A stretch of DNA of 64,000 nt from Gammaproteobacteria bacterium (GTDB taxonomy: Bacteria; Pseudomonadota; Gammaproteobacteria; Chromatiales; Chromatiaceae): positions 514-64,513 of the forward strand of contig JANEMA010000007.1 of NCBI GenBank assembly GCA_024510845.1, in the 5' to 3' direction. Of the stretch, positions 32,606 to 43,162 are shown in pieces. Below the pieces are notes generated by a model. It made no database searches. It had not been told where the DNA came from and saw only the letters and a list, made by a program, of their open reading frames with translations. Both the position numbers and the translations under genes were made by a program. How positions within the stretch are numbered: position 1 is the first letter of the stretch; the number at the start of each line of letters is the position of its first letter.

Positions 32606-33341
32606 CAGGCTGTTGAAATTCGCCGACTGAAGGGGGAAATACCGGTAAGGCAGGAAGAAGGACAAGCGACACGACGCGAGGCCCGGATATTCAGCAAGAT
32701 TCCCCGTTTGGCACGGTCAGCCCGGAATCACGGGTGCCGAAGGACCCTCCATTGCGCCCGATTCGCACCATGGTCGATGCGGCATTGAGCAAACCCGATG
32801 CAGACTTCAATGCCATCTACTCCAATTACTATGGCCGTGACTCCATCCTGCCGGAGAAGCTCCTGCGTGCCCAATTGCTGATGGCGTTCTACACCCTTCA
32901 GGTGGAGGCCGTAATCCCGATACCGACTTTCACGGAGAGAATCGCCGTCGGGATACACACGAATCCAAGACTGACAAGGATGCCCTGCTGTTCAGAAAGA
33001 GCCAGGGCACAGCAGCGAAGCTGGCCTGTCTGGGGCATTTGCTGATGGAAAACCGGAATGACCCGGTCGTGGATGCCCAGGTCACGCAGGCAACGGGCAT
33101 CGCATGTCGCACAGAACACGAGCAACCGTTCATCGGTCGTCGATGGACGCACCACCCGCCATTCGGGCTATGCCATGAGTCAACGGTTCCGCAAGCGGAT
33201 CGAGGAATGCCTCGGCTGGGCCAGGGTCATCGGCGGGATGCGCAAAAGCCGCCTTGTGGGACGAGAGAAGCTGGACTTCCCGTTCGTGCTGAGCATGGCC
33301 GCTGAAAACGGGGCGAAATCGGAGCTATTTTCAACAGCCTG
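32606..33341 (+). mobile_element. Internally deleted IS5-family element with intact 13-bp TIRs
   Basis: CAGGCTGTTGAAA...TTTCAACAGCCTG; fragments PLRPIRTMVD..LPEKLLRA, DFHGE..THESKTD, HLLMENRN, SQRFRKRIEE. Confidence 0.9.
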
Positions 33342-34192
33342 TTAACTGCTTGAGCTTGAAACGAGGCCAGAAAAAATGAGGCTGCAGCAATTCTGGGATA
33401 ACCCATGTGTTTTTCCTATAATTCTCCCTGTTTACACATAATGGGGTACTAGACTGAACCCCGGTACATCGTGATAGACGGACGCCTTCCATCACAGCTC
33501 ATTCTCCCCTCTATCGATCGCCGTTTTCTTCGTTTCTTGTCTGTTGCATGGGATTCACTTTCTGAAGATACGTCTTTCCCCGGCACGGCTGGAATCTGCA
33601 TGAATGGAGAAAAAATCCCTTTGACTCCATTGTTGATTACGCCAACACCACACCCATTCGCTGACCACAGACGCCCTGATCCGGGCTGACACCTCGTGTT
33701 TCACGGGACCCCGTTCCCCACCCAGTCTATCGGTGGTACGCACACTGCCTGCTTCTGGCGATAGACGGCATCTGCCGCCATCGTAACAGACAGATTCTGT
33801 CTATTACGATATTGCGGGACGGGCTGGAAATCGCGTTCCCTTGGCCGAACCTGTCCGTGACGTGAAGACGCACATCCGCACCTGCCGGCACATTGGCGAG
33901 ACTTTCGGCCCTATAGCGCGAAGTGTCTTCCGAGAGATTGCCTGTTGTGGCCAGCGATCGGCAAGGAGGATATCGATAGCAGGAAGATCCAGGGCAGGCG
34001 CAGAGTGCTGCCGGACACGTTCGAGGTGTCCCTGCGATTTCCATTTCGCGATGTTCCCTCGCGTCATGAGCCGAATCTCCATCCCCGGGAGACGGACCAG
34101 TCTGTCGCCCCACGCCCTGGCATGCAAACAGCTCTCGTGCTTTGCGTCCTTTCGGAAATCCTCCAGTGAATGGACAGGAGAAGGAGAATATG

Positions 34193-34228
34193 CCCATCCC
34201 AACCTCCCCCACTGGCGTGGGGGAGGAG
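34193..34228 (+). repeat. REP-like hairpin just downstream of the yoaA stop
   Basis: CCCATCCCAA-CCTCCCCCAC-tggc-GTGGGGGAGG; resembles the 2432-2469 class. Confidence 0.7.
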
Positions 34229-34240
34229 ATCGTGATCAGG

Positions 34241-36160
34241 CTACAGCTCCTCCAGGAAGGCACGTGCGATCTGGGGGTCGCGGGTACGCGCGAAGTCGGG
34301 CATGGCCGCCAGGAAGGTGTGGCCGTAGGACTTCTTCAGCAGCCGGGGGTCGCAGACTACCAGCACGCCACGGTCGTTGGCATCACGGATCAGGCGGCCG
34401 GCGCCCTGTTTCAGTGCGATGGCGGCCTGCGGTACCTGGTAGTGCATGAAGGGGTTGCCGCCGCGTGCGCGGATGGCATCCAGCCGTGCCTGCAGTACCG
34501 GATCACCCGGCGAGGCGAAGGGCAACTTGTCGATGATGACCAGCGAGAGGGCGTCGCCGCGCACGTCCACACCTTCCCAGAAGCTGGCAGTACCCAGCAG
34601 CACCGCGTTGCCGTATTCGACGAAGCGGCGCAACAGCTCGGCCTTGGGCTGATCGCCCTGCACCAGCAGCGGGTAATCCAGTTCCTGCTCTTCCAGCCAG
34701 TCAGCTGCTTCGTCGAGTGCACGATGGCTGGTGAACAGCAGGAAGGCGCGGCCTCGCGCCGCGCGAATCAGGGGAAGCGCCTCACTCATAATCGCCTGTA
34801 TATAGTCGCGATCGCTGGGCGGCGGCAGGCCACGCGGCACATACCACAGGGCCTGTTGCTGAAAGTCGAAGGGACTGTCCCAACGCGCGGTACGCGTCTC
34901 GAACAGACCGAGCTGGTGCTGGAAGTGGGTGAAACTGTCACCCACCGCCAAGGTGGCCGAAGTGAAGATCCAGGTGGCTGAGCGCTGGCTCACCTGCCCA
35001 CTGAACACCTCGGCGATGTCGATGGGTGTACTGTTGAGCCGCAGGCTGTGGCCAAACACCTCGAACCAGCGCACCACCTGCTCGGGCATCTCGGGCTCAC
35101 GCAGACCGGCCAGGGTCTGCAATTGCAGGGCACAGCGTGCCTGGCAGGCATCCAGCCCCTTGCCACGCCCTTCGATGGTCACGAGCAGGCCGTGCAGGGT
35201 CTCCAGCTCGCGTGCCAGAGTGTCGAGGGCCGTGCCGATCTCGGCATCGTCCTCGATCTCGGCCCAGGCATCCCGTCCCGGGCGTCCCTCGAAGGCCAGA
35301 CGCAGGTCCTTTGCCGCCTTGTCCAGACAGTCGAGCTGGTCGAGGATCTTCGGCAGGTCGCCGGCCTCGCGGTGGTACTCGGCACGGGTATCGCTCACCA
35401 GTTCGGTGATCTGGCGGGTGCTCAGGGTCTCGCCGAAGAAATTGCTCGCCACCTCGGGCAGCTGGTGTGCCTCGTCGATGATGAACACATCGGCCGCGGG
35501 CAGCAGCTCACCGAAGCCCGTGTCGCGGATGGCAAAATCAGCGCACAGCAGGTGGTGGTTGATGACCACCAGGTCGGCCTCCTGGGCCTGCCGCCGCGCC
35601 TCGACCAGGTGACACTTGCTCCACGACGGGCAGTCCTGTCCCAGACAATTGTCGGTGGTCGAGGTGACCAGCGGCCAGATGAGTGCGTCCTCGGGCACGT
35701 CACGGATCTCACCGATGTCGCCACGCTCGGTGTGCAGCGACCAGTCACGCACCTTGAGCAGCCAGCGTAACTGGTCCCTGGGGTGGCCGCGCGCGTCCTG
35801 CAGGGTCAGGTCCAGGCGATGCAGGCACAGGTAGTTGGCGCGCCCCTTGAGCAGGGCCACCTTCGCCGGGCTGGCCATCACCTCGCGCAACCACGGCAGG
35901 TCGCGCAGAAAGAGCTGGTCCTGCAGGTTGCGAGTGCCGGTGGAGATCACCACCTTGCGCCCCGACAGCAGGACCGGCACCAGATAGGCGTAGGTCTTGC
36001 CGGTGCCGGTGCCGGCCTCGGCGATCAGGTGCTCGCCCTCTTCGATCGCCTCGGCCACCGCCTCGGCCATGGCCAGTTGTTGCGGACGATGCGCAAAGCC
36101 CTCGATGGCACGCGAGAGCAGGCCATCGGCCCCCAGCACCTCCTCGATATCGGACAACAC
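34241..36160 (-). CDS. yoaA: DinG/YoaA ATP-dependent DNA helicase
   Basis: EAGTGTGKT; KGRANYLC Fe-S region; DEAH; SATL; SFWEGVD; KLPF; QGAGRLIR; start near GTG 36160 or TTG 36157. Confidence 0.92.
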   Translation of the reverse strand: MLSDIEEVLGADGLLSRAIEGFAHRPQQLAMAEAVAEAIEEGEHLIAEAGTGTGKTYAYLVPVLLSGRKVVISTGTRNLQDQLFLRDLPWLREVMASPAKVALLKGRANYLCLHRLDLTLQDARGHPRDQLRWLLKVRDWSLHTERGDIGEIRDVPEDALIWPLVTSTTDNCLGQDCPSWSKCHLVEARRQAQEADLVVINHHLLCADFAIRDTGFGELLPAADVFIIDEAHQLPEVASNFFGETLSTRQITELVSDTRAEYHREAGDLPKILDQLDCLDKAAKDLRLAFEGRPGRDAWAEIEDDAEIGTALDTLARELETLHGLLVTIEGRGKGLDACQARCALQLQTLAGLREPEMPEQVVRWFEVFGHSLRLNSTPIDIAEVFSGQVSQRSATWIFTSATLAVGDSFTHFQHQLGLFETRTARWDSPFDFQQQALWYVPRGLPPPSDRDYIQAIMSEALPLIRAARGRAFLLFTSHRALDEAADWLEEQELDYPLLVQGDQPKAELLRRFVEYGNAVLLGTASFWEGVDVRGDALSLVIIDKLPFASPGDPVLQARLDAIRARGGNPFMHYQVPQAAIALKQGAGRLIRDANDRGVLVVCDPRLLKKSYGHTFLAAMPDFARTRDPQIARAFLEEL

Positions 36161-36161
36161 C

Positions 36162-36360
36162 TCAGTCTTCGCCGTCTTCCGCACGCCCACCGGCCTCGCC
36201 TTCCGGTCGCGGCTCGAGCGCCAGCAGGCGGGTGGCATCGTGCTCGGCGATCTCGCTGCTCACCCCGGGCAGCGGCTTGCCCATGGTGCGACGATACCCG
36301 GCGGCCAGGGACCACACCTGAGCGATCAGCTTGTCCGGGGCACAGGACGTGGCCACGACG
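36162..36360 (-). pseudogene. Probable truncated hypothetical gene
   Basis: DKLIAQVWSLAAGYRRTMGKPLPGVSSEIAEHDATRLL reads like a real N-terminus but ends abruptly; no clear start. Confidence 0.4.
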
Positions 36361-36363
36361 GAG

Positions 36364-36651
36364 TTACTTCTGTGGCGGTTCCCAGTAACCAAAGGCATCG
36401 CCCGCGGGCGGGCGCGGAGGCTGCTGCTGTTGGGCCTGCACGTCGCGGTACACGCGGTCGGCAAATTCGCACAGCTGCTTGAAATAGGTCTCCTTCTCTT
36501 CCGCCGGCAGGTTACGCTCGCTGCCCAGCAGGTAGCCGGTTACAGCGGCCAGGTATTGCAGCACCAGGCCATTGTCGGCCCCGGGGTGCTGCCGGTCCAC
36601 CGCCTGCATGATGTCCTGAAAGAGTTCGTTGGATAACTGGATCTCGGCCAT
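36364..36651 (-). CDS. Hypothetical protein
   Basis: GAGGAGG RBS; QYLAAVTGYL; GDAFGYW. Confidence 0.75.
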   Translation of the reverse strand: MAEIQLSNELFQDIMQAVDRQHPGADNGLVLQYLAAVTGYLLGSERNLPAEEKETYFKQLCEFADRVYRDVQAQQQQPPRPPAGDAFGYWEPPQK

Positions 36652-36665
36652 GTGGCCCTCCTCGG

Positions 36666-37193
36666 TCATTGAATGGTACGCGCCCTGCGACGCGCCTGTT
36701 CGGCCCCGTTCCGGTCACCCAGCACCTCGCGCGTGGTGGCAATCAACTGCCAGTTGTCAGCCCGCAGGATGGGATCACTGCCGGCCAGTGCATTGGACTT
36801 GGCGGCAAAGGATTCGACCCGGACGTACTGGCCCTGGTCGGCATACAGATGCGCCAGGCGGTTCCACAGGCGCGGGTTGCGCGACTCGATGCGCAATGCG
36901 CGCTCGATGCTGGCCTGAGCAGCAGCATAGTCGCCGGCACGCCGCTGTGCCGCCGCCTTGCGCAACAGCTTGCGCACTGCCGGCGAGGCCATCGGGCGTA
37001 CCCGCGCCACCTCCACTGGCGGGCGATAGGGGTGGACCTCGGTGCCACTCCCGGCCGGGACCATGGCGGGATCGGCCGGCCGCTGTCCGCCCACCGACTC
37101 CACGGGAGCCGGCGGAGCATTCAGACGGTAGGGCGAACCGCAGGCCCCCAGCAGCAGACACGCCATGGCGATCGACAAACACTTGAGAGGCAT
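36666..37193 (-). CDS. TPR-containing lipoprotein
   Basis: Lipobox LLGAC; AQASIERALRIESRNPRLWNRLAHL; adjacent to mrcB. Confidence 0.8.
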   Translation of the reverse strand: MPLKCLSIAMACLLLGACGSPYRLNAPPAPVESVGGQRPADPAMVPAGSGTEVHPYRPPVEVARVRPMASPAVRKLLRKAAAQRRAGDYAAAQASIERALRIESRNPRLWNRLAHLYADQGQYVRVESFAAKSNALAGSDPILRADNWQLIATTREVLGDRNGAEQARRRARTIQ

Positions 37194-37406
37194 GGCCAGT
37201 CCTTGCGTACAGTAACGATGCGGGCATTGTAATGGAATTACCGAACCGTGATAGGCGGCACAGCGGCATCGTGCCATTGCTTCGGGCCCTGCACTTTCAA
37301 TCCGCCTGAAACCCTGCCATATTGGTACATTCGATACCCATGCGCCGAGCCATCCCCGCAGAAAAGAACCTGCCGCGCTCTTGCTACAAAATCAAGGAGA
37401 TGTACC

Positions 37407-37865
37407 ATGCTGGTCAAAGACGTCATGTCCACCTCACTCAAGACCGTCACCCCCGATACACCGCTGACGGAAGTCGTCACCACCATGTGCCTGTTCCGCA
37501 TCAGCGGTATCCCGGTGATCGAGGAGGACAATCGTCTGGTCGGTATCATCGCCGAAAAGGACGTACTCGACTCGCTGTTCCCCACCGTCGAAGAGGTGAT
37601 GACCGAGAGTGGTACGGCCACGATGGACCTGGAAACTGCGCTCAACAAGTACGCCGATATGACCACCAAGAAGGTCGCTGACCTGATGGCCCCGGGGGTG
37701 ATCAGCGTGTCGCCGGACATGGAGATCCTGAAGGCCGCCGCACGCATGGTCGGCCGCCGCTTCCGCCGCATCCCGGTGGCCGAGGGTGAACGTCTGGTTG
37801 GCATGCTCAGCCTTGGCGACGTGCACAAGGCCATCTACCGCGAACACGCCAAGCGGCGGCTCTGA
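37407..37865 (+). CDS. Tandem CBS-domain protein
   Basis: VKDVMS..ISGIPVI..LVGII; VADLM..RRIPV..LVGML; AAGGAG RBS. Confidence 0.9.
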   Translation: MLVKDVMSTSLKTVTPDTPLTEVVTTMCLFRISGIPVIEEDNRLVGIIAEKDVLDSLFPTVEEVMTESGTATMDLETALNKYADMTTKKVADLMAPGVISVSPDMEILKAAARMVGRRFRRIPVAEGERLVGMLSLGDVHKAIYREHAKRRL

Positions 37866-37883
37866 GCCGCAGCTCCTGCACGT

Positions 37884-40235
37884 TCACCGCTCCAATAACC
37901 AGTCCGGCATCCCCTGCCCACCCCGCTCGCCACAGGCGGAGCGCAGGTGCGGCTGCGAGCCAGTGGCAAAGGGCAGGCGGATCGCACCCTTGCAGCCTTC
38001 GGCCGAGAGCATGCCACTGTCGTCCTCGATCCAGTGATACTCGACGCCTGTGGGTGGCAATGTATCGAGCGCTTGCAGATGCAGCGAACGCATCGCGCGG
38101 CCAAACAGGGGCAACGCGCCGCGCGAGCCGGTCAGCCCGGTCGGCCGGTTGTCGTCCCGGCCCACCCATACCACGGCCACACGATCGGCACCGAAGCCGG
38201 CAAACCAGCTGTCACGCAAGTCATCGGTGGTGCCGGTCTTGCCAGCCACCACGAGGCTCTCGCCCAGCCAGCGTCGCAGAGATCTTGCCGTACCCTCGCG
38301 CACTACTTCCTGAAGGGCCTCGCTCACCAGGAAGGTGGCCACCGGGTCGACCGTGCGGCGCACCACCAGCGGGTAACGCTGTAGGGGCCGCCCGTCGGTG
38401 TCGAGCACCTCTCGGATGGCGCGCAGCGGCGCGCGGAAGCCACTGGCGGCGATGGTCTGGTAAATCTGTGCGACTTCGATCGGCGCCAACGGCAGAGCCC
38501 CCAGCAATACCGAGGGGTAAGGTGGGACCTCGCGTTCCATGCCCAGCGCGTGCAGGGTGTCGACCACCCGTTGCACGCCGATGTCCATGCCGACATGCAC
38601 CGCTGCCAGGTTGTAGGACTGCGCCAACACCCGGTGCAACGGCACCCGACCATGCGCCTGGTGATCGAAGTTGTCGGGTGTCCAGATGTCGCCATTTGGC
38701 AGCTCGATGCGTAGCGGGCTGTCACCCACCAGTGTCGCCAGGGTATAGCGCTGCGGCTCGGACAGTGCCGCCAGATACAATGCCGGCTTGACCAACGAAC
38801 CGATGGGCCGGTGCGCATCCAGTGCCCGGTTGAAACCCGCATAATTGGCGCGGCGCCCGCCAATCAGAACGCGCACCTCGCCCTGATCAGGCGTCACCAT
38901 CACCATCGCTGCCTGCAGGCTGCCTGCGGACAGGTGGCGCGTCTTCTCGATGCGCCGCAGTCCCTTCGCCACGGCCTCGGCCGCGACCTTTTGCACCCAG
39001 GGGCCCAGCGTGGTGAAGATATGCAGCCCCTCGGAAGTCAGATCTTCCTCGCGATAGTCTCGCACCAACTGCCGGCGTACCAGCTGTATGAAGGCGGGGT
39101 AACGATGCTGCGGACCTTGCCCATGCGCAGTCACGCCCAGCGGCTTGCGCCGATAGGTTCGCAGTGCGCGCTCGTCGAGAAAGCCCAGTGCATGCATCTG
39201 ATCGAGTACCAGATTGCGACGCTTGCGCGCTCGCTCTGGATGGCGCCGTGGATTGTAGTAGGACGCTCCCTTGACCAGTCCTGCCAGTAGCGCGGTCTCG
39301 TGTACCTGCAGCTCGGTGAGCGGGCGATTGAAATAGAACCGGGCTGCCAGGCCAAAGCCGTGAATGGCACGATCACCGTCCTGTCCCAGGAAGATCTCGT
39401 TGGCATAGGCCTCGAGAATCTCATCCTTGCTGTAGTACTTCTCGACGATCAGCGCCATCAACGCCTCGTTGAGCTTGCGCCACAGTCTACGCTCGGAGGT
39501 TAGAAAGAAGTTCTTCACCAACTGCTGTGTGAGTGTGCTACCACCCTGCACCGCGCGCCCCGCACGCAGATTGGCCCACAAAGCCCGGGCGATACCGCGC
39601 AGATCGACCCCGTGGTGCCCAAAGAACCGCCGATCTTCTACCGCCAGCAGGGCCTGTACCAAATGTTCGGGCAGGTCCTCGCGACGCACCAAAATACGGT
39701 CTTCCTTGTGCGCGGGATAGATGCTGCCGATCTCCGCCGGTTCCAGGCGCACCAAGTCCAGCGGACGACCGACAACATCACTCAAACCGATCACCCGGCC
39801 GGAAGCGATACGCACCATCAGGCGGCGGGCAGGCTGTTCACCATCCCAGAACACGAAGGGCCGGGTATGAATGAGGAAACGCCCCCGTGCCTGGCTCCAT
39901 TCCGCACCTTTGCTCGGGTGACGTACCTTGCGATAGCCCAGCACTGTCAATTCATAGCGCAACTGCGCCACCGATACCGGCGCACCTTCGTAGAGTTCCA
40001 GTGGCCGTGCATAGACCCGCGCAGGCACTGTCCAGCGCTTGCCCTCGAAGGCCAGGCGGACCTGTTGCGACAGGTAGAGCAGGTAGCCACCGGACAGCAA
40101 CACACCCAACACCAGGGTGCCGGACAGCCAGCGCCACCCAATGTGCCAACGGAGAGCACGGGCACTCATCTTGCGCCGATGTGCAGACTTTTTTCGGGTG
40201 GCCGGCTTCCGCCGGCGCTTGGATTGTCTGGCCAT
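37884..40235 (-). CDS. mrcB: Penicillin-binding protein 1B
   Basis: UB2H region; EDRRF; GGSTLTQQLVKN; SLVK; SYN; KTG. Confidence 0.95.
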   Translation of the reverse strand: MARQSKRRRKPATRKKSAHRRKMSARALRWHIGWRWLSGTLVLGVLLSGGYLLYLSQQVRLAFEGKRWTVPARVYARPLELYEGAPVSVAQLRYELTVLGYRKVRHPSKGAEWSQARGRFLIHTRPFVFWDGEQPARRLMVRIASGRVIGLSDVVGRPLDLVRLEPAEIGSIYPAHKEDRILVRREDLPEHLVQALLAVEDRRFFGHHGVDLRGIARALWANLRAGRAVQGGSTLTQQLVKNFFLTSERRLWRKLNEALMALIVEKYYSKDEILEAYANEIFLGQDGDRAIHGFGLAARFYFNRPLTELQVHETALLAGLVKGASYYNPRRHPERARKRRNLVLDQMHALGFLDERALRTYRRKPLGVTAHGQGPQHRYPAFIQLVRRQLVRDYREEDLTSEGLHIFTTLGPWVQKVAAEAVAKGLRRIEKTRHLSAGSLQAAMVMVTPDQGEVRVLIGGRRANYAGFNRALDAHRPIGSLVKPALYLAALSEPQRYTLATLVGDSPLRIELPNGDIWTPDNFDHQAHGRVPLHRVLAQSYNLAAVHVGMDIGVQRVVDTLHALGMEREVPPYPSVLLGALPLAPIEVAQIYQTIAASGFRAPLRAIREVLDTDGRPLQRYPLVVRRTVDPVATFLVSEALQEVVREGTARSLRRWLGESLVVAGKTGTTDDLRDSWFAGFGADRVAVVWVGRDDNRPTGLTGSRGALPLFGRAMRSLHLQALDTLPPTGVEYHWIEDDSGMLSAEGCKGAIRLPFATGSQPHLRSACGERGGQGMPDWLLER

Positions 40236-40345
40236 TCAGAAATCTCGTGACTTTCAGCAAAAAGCAGAGCATCCAGGTTCGCAGCAAGTATGCCGTGCCC
40301 CGTGGGAGGCCCCTCTCCGAACCGAACATTCGGATGAGGCACCCC

Positions 40346-42598
40346 TTACATTTCGAGCAGCATACCGTCGATCTTCCGGAAACCACGCGGCAGCTTGTTG
40401 CCGCGCTGTCCGCGCTCGCCTTCGTAGATGTTGAGATTGGCGGCCCTGAGCGTGAGATGGCGCTTGCCCGAGAGCACGCGTACCCTGCCACCTTCCGGCA
40501 CCACCAGTACTCCCATCAGGTACTCGGAACGCTCAGCCACAGCACTGGACGGGATGCCGATGATCTTGTTGCCCTTGCCACGTGCCATTGCCGGCAGTTC
40601 GCTGACCGGGATCACCAGCATGCGTCCCGTGCTGGTCACTGCCACCAGGCGATCGGTATCCGGGTCGTGCAAGGGGCTGGGCTTGAGCACCCACGCACCC
40701 TCGGGCAACCGAAGCACCGCTTTACCGCCCTTCTTGTTGGCGATGAGGTCCCTGGCCTGCACCCGGAAACCGTAGCCGGCATCGGAGGCCAACAGCCACC
40801 AGCACTCGGATTTGCCACCGATCACCGCGCGAAAGACCGAGCCCGCCGGCGGCGAGAAGCGCCCGGTGAGCGGCTCGCCCTGGCCGCGCGCGGTCGGCAG
40901 AGTGTGCGCCAGCAGAGAATAGCTGCGCCCGGTGCTGTCGAGAAAGATCGCTGGCTGATTGGAACGCACCCGCACCGAGTCGAGGTAGGCATCGCCAGCC
41001 TTGTAGTTGAGTCCGGCCGGGTCGATTTCATGCCCCTTGGCAGCGCGCACCCATCCCTTCTCGGAGAGCACCACGGTGACCGGTTCGGAGGGAGTCAGCT
41101 CGGTCTCGTCCATGGCCTCGGCCGGTGGCCGGGTGACGATAGGCGAATGCCGCGCATCGCCGTACTGCTCGGCATCGACGGCCAATTCCTCACGGATCAG
41201 GGTCTTCATGCGCACCCTCGATCCCAACGTCTTCTCCAGCCTGGCGTGTTCATGGTCCAGCTTCTGCTGCTCGGCGCGGATCTTTATCTCTTCCAGCCGC
41301 GCCAGGTGGCGCAGGCGGGTGTTGAGGATGTATTCGGCCTGCACATCGGTGAGATCGAAACGGCACATCAACACCGACTTGGGTTCGTCTTCGCTGCGAA
41401 TGATGCGGATCACTTCGTCCAGATTCAGGAAGGCGATCAGCAGGCCATCGAGCAGGTGCAGACGGTCGTTGACCTTGTCCAGACGGTATTGCAGGCGCCG
41501 GCGTACCGTTTCGAAGCGGAAATCCAGCCATTCACATAGCAGGCTGCGCAGGTCCTTGACCTCGGGCCGGCCCGAAAGCCCGATCATGTTCATGTTCACC
41601 CGATAGCTGCGCTCCAGATCGGTGGTGGCACAGAGGTGACGCATCAGCCGTTCCAGATCAACGCGGTTGGAGCGCGGCACGATCACCAGCCGGGTCGGAT
41701 TCTCATGGTCGGACTCGTCACGCAGATCTTCCACCCAGGGCAGCTTCTTCGCCTGCATCTGCTGGGCGATCTGCTCGAGAATCCGTGCACCCGACACCTG
41801 ATATGGCAAAGCCGTGATCACCAGACAGCCGGCTTCAACCTCCCAGCGAGCGCGCACCCTGACCGAGCCCTGCCCGGTCTCGTAGAGACGCAACAAGTCT
41901 TCCTGCGCGGAAACGATCTCGGCTTCGGTGGGAAAATCCGGTCCCGGGATGTGCTCGCACAACTCGACCACCGTGGCCTTCGGCTGTTCGATCAGACGGA
42001 TGCAGGCCGCCGCCACTTCGCGCAGATTGTGCGGCGGGATGTCGGTCGCCATGCCCACGGCAATGCCTGTGCTCCCATTGAGCAGTACGTTCGGCAGGCG
42101 TACCGGCAGGGCCTTCGGTTCCTCGAGAGTACCATCGAAGTTGGGTTGCCATTCCACTGTTCCCTGCCCCAGCTCGGCGAGCAATACCTGAGCATAGGGA
42201 GTGAGCCGTGCCTCGGTGTAACGCATGGCGGCGAAGGACCTGGGATCGTCGGGCGAGCCCCAGTTACCCTGCCCGTCGATCAGCGGGTAGCGGTAGGAGA
42301 AGTCCTGCGCCATCAGCACCATGGCCTCGTAACAGGCCGAATCGCCATGCGGGTGGAACTTGCCCAGCACGTCGCCCACGGTACGCGCCGACTTCTTGAA
42401 CTTGGACGCGGCCGACAGGCCCAGCTCGGACATGGCATAGACGATGCGCCGCTGCACCGGTTTGAGGCCGTCGCCGATGAAGGGCAAGGCCCGGTCGAGG
42501 ATGACATACATGGAATAGTCCAGGTACGCCTTTTCGGTAAAGCGCGCGAGCGACAGGCGCTCGGTGCCATCGGGGTTGTATTCGATTTCCTGGTCCAT
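40346..42598 (-). CDS. parC: Topoisomerase IV subunit A
   Basis: [10 protein letters not shown]; [22 protein letters not shown]; AAMRYTE. Confidence 0.97.
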   Translation of the reverse strand: MDQEIEYNPDGTERLSLARFTEKAYLDYSMYVILDRALPFIGDGLKPVQRRIVYAMSELGLSAASKFKKSARTVGDVLGKFHPHGDSACYEAMVLMAQDFSYRYPLIDGQGNWGSPDDPRSFAAMRYTEARLTPYAQVLLAELGQGTVEWQPNFDGTLEEPKALPVRLPNVLLNGSTGIAVGMATDIPPHNLREVAAACIRLIEQPKATVVELCEHIPGPDFPTEAEIVSAQEDLLRLYETGQGSVRVRARWEVEAGCLVITALPYQVSGARILEQIAQQMQAKKLPWVEDLRDESDHENPTRLVIVPRSNRVDLERLMRHLCATTDLERSYRVNMNMIGLSGRPEVKDLRSLLCEWLDFRFETVRRRLQYRLDKVNDRLHLLDGLLIAFLNLDEVIRIIRSEDEPKSVLMCRFDLTDVQAEYILNTRLRHLARLEEIKIRAEQQKLDHEHARLEKTLGSRVRMKTLIREELAVDAEQYGDARHSPIVTRPPAEAMDETELTPSEPVTVVLSEKGWVRAAKGHEIDPAGLNYKAGDAYLDSVRVRSNQPAIFLDSTGRSYSLLAHTLPTARGQGEPLTGRFSPPAGSVFRAVIGGKSECWWLLASDAGYGFRVQARDLIANKKGGKAVLRLPEGAWVLKPSPLHDPDTDRLVAVTSTGRMLVIPVSELPAMARGKGNKIIGIPSSAVAERSEYLMGVLVVPEGGRVRVLSGKRHLTLRAANLNIYEGERGQRGNKLPRGFRKIDGMLLEM

Positions 42599-42667
42599 TG
42601 GCGGAGTGCTTCCGGAACGACTGCGAAGGCGGGAATTCTACACCGCCGTCACCCCACCGGGCCCGCC

Positions 42668-43162
42668 CTATCTCGCCGCCTGCAATGCACCGCCATCCAG
42701 GGCTGCCACGGGTCCACCCGCTGCCTTCTGCACGTCGGCGAAGATAGAGAGGATATCGTTCTTCCAGCGGTGGAACGGGATGACCATCCCGGGGGCCTCG
42801 GCGAAATAACTCTCCAGTGTGGTCGGATTGACCATCATCATCAGGGTCTCGTCACGCTCCGCCTCGACCGCGATTTTCAGTGGCAGGTAGGGGGTGAACT
42901 CCGGATGTTCATGGCTGATACGCCGGACCTCGTCGATCTTGCCGAAGAACAGCACCCGATAGGTATCGGAATGGAAACCGAAACCGGCCAAACCACTGTC
43001 ACATTTCTGGATGTGCGACAGCACATAGCCGTGCTCCTCGATTGCGGCCTTGAGATATTCGATCGCCAGATCGGCCTTCATGGCCACCCGTGTCATGAGC
43101 ATGCCATCGGCCAGCACAGTGCCCGCCGACAACAACAATAACAATGCCAGTACATGCTTCAC
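42668..43162 (-). CDS. Secreted DUF302-family protein
   Basis: Signal peptide; LPLKIAV..MMVNP; GTGA overlap with the upstream stop. Confidence 0.8.
   Translation of the reverse strand: MKHVLALLLLLSAGTVLADGMLMTRVAMKADLAIEYLKAAIEEHGYVLSHIQKCDSGLAGFGFHSDTYRVLFFGKIDEVRRISHEHPEFTPYLPLKIAVEAERDETLMMMVNPTTLESYFAEAPGMVIPFHRWKNDILSIFADVQKAAGGPVAALDGGALQAAR

Noticed and set aside
37381-37395. FNR box upstream of the CBS gene (TTGCT-acaaa-ATCAA)
   Set aside because: Spacer is 5 nt rather than 4, one half-site mismatches, and it abuts the RBS.
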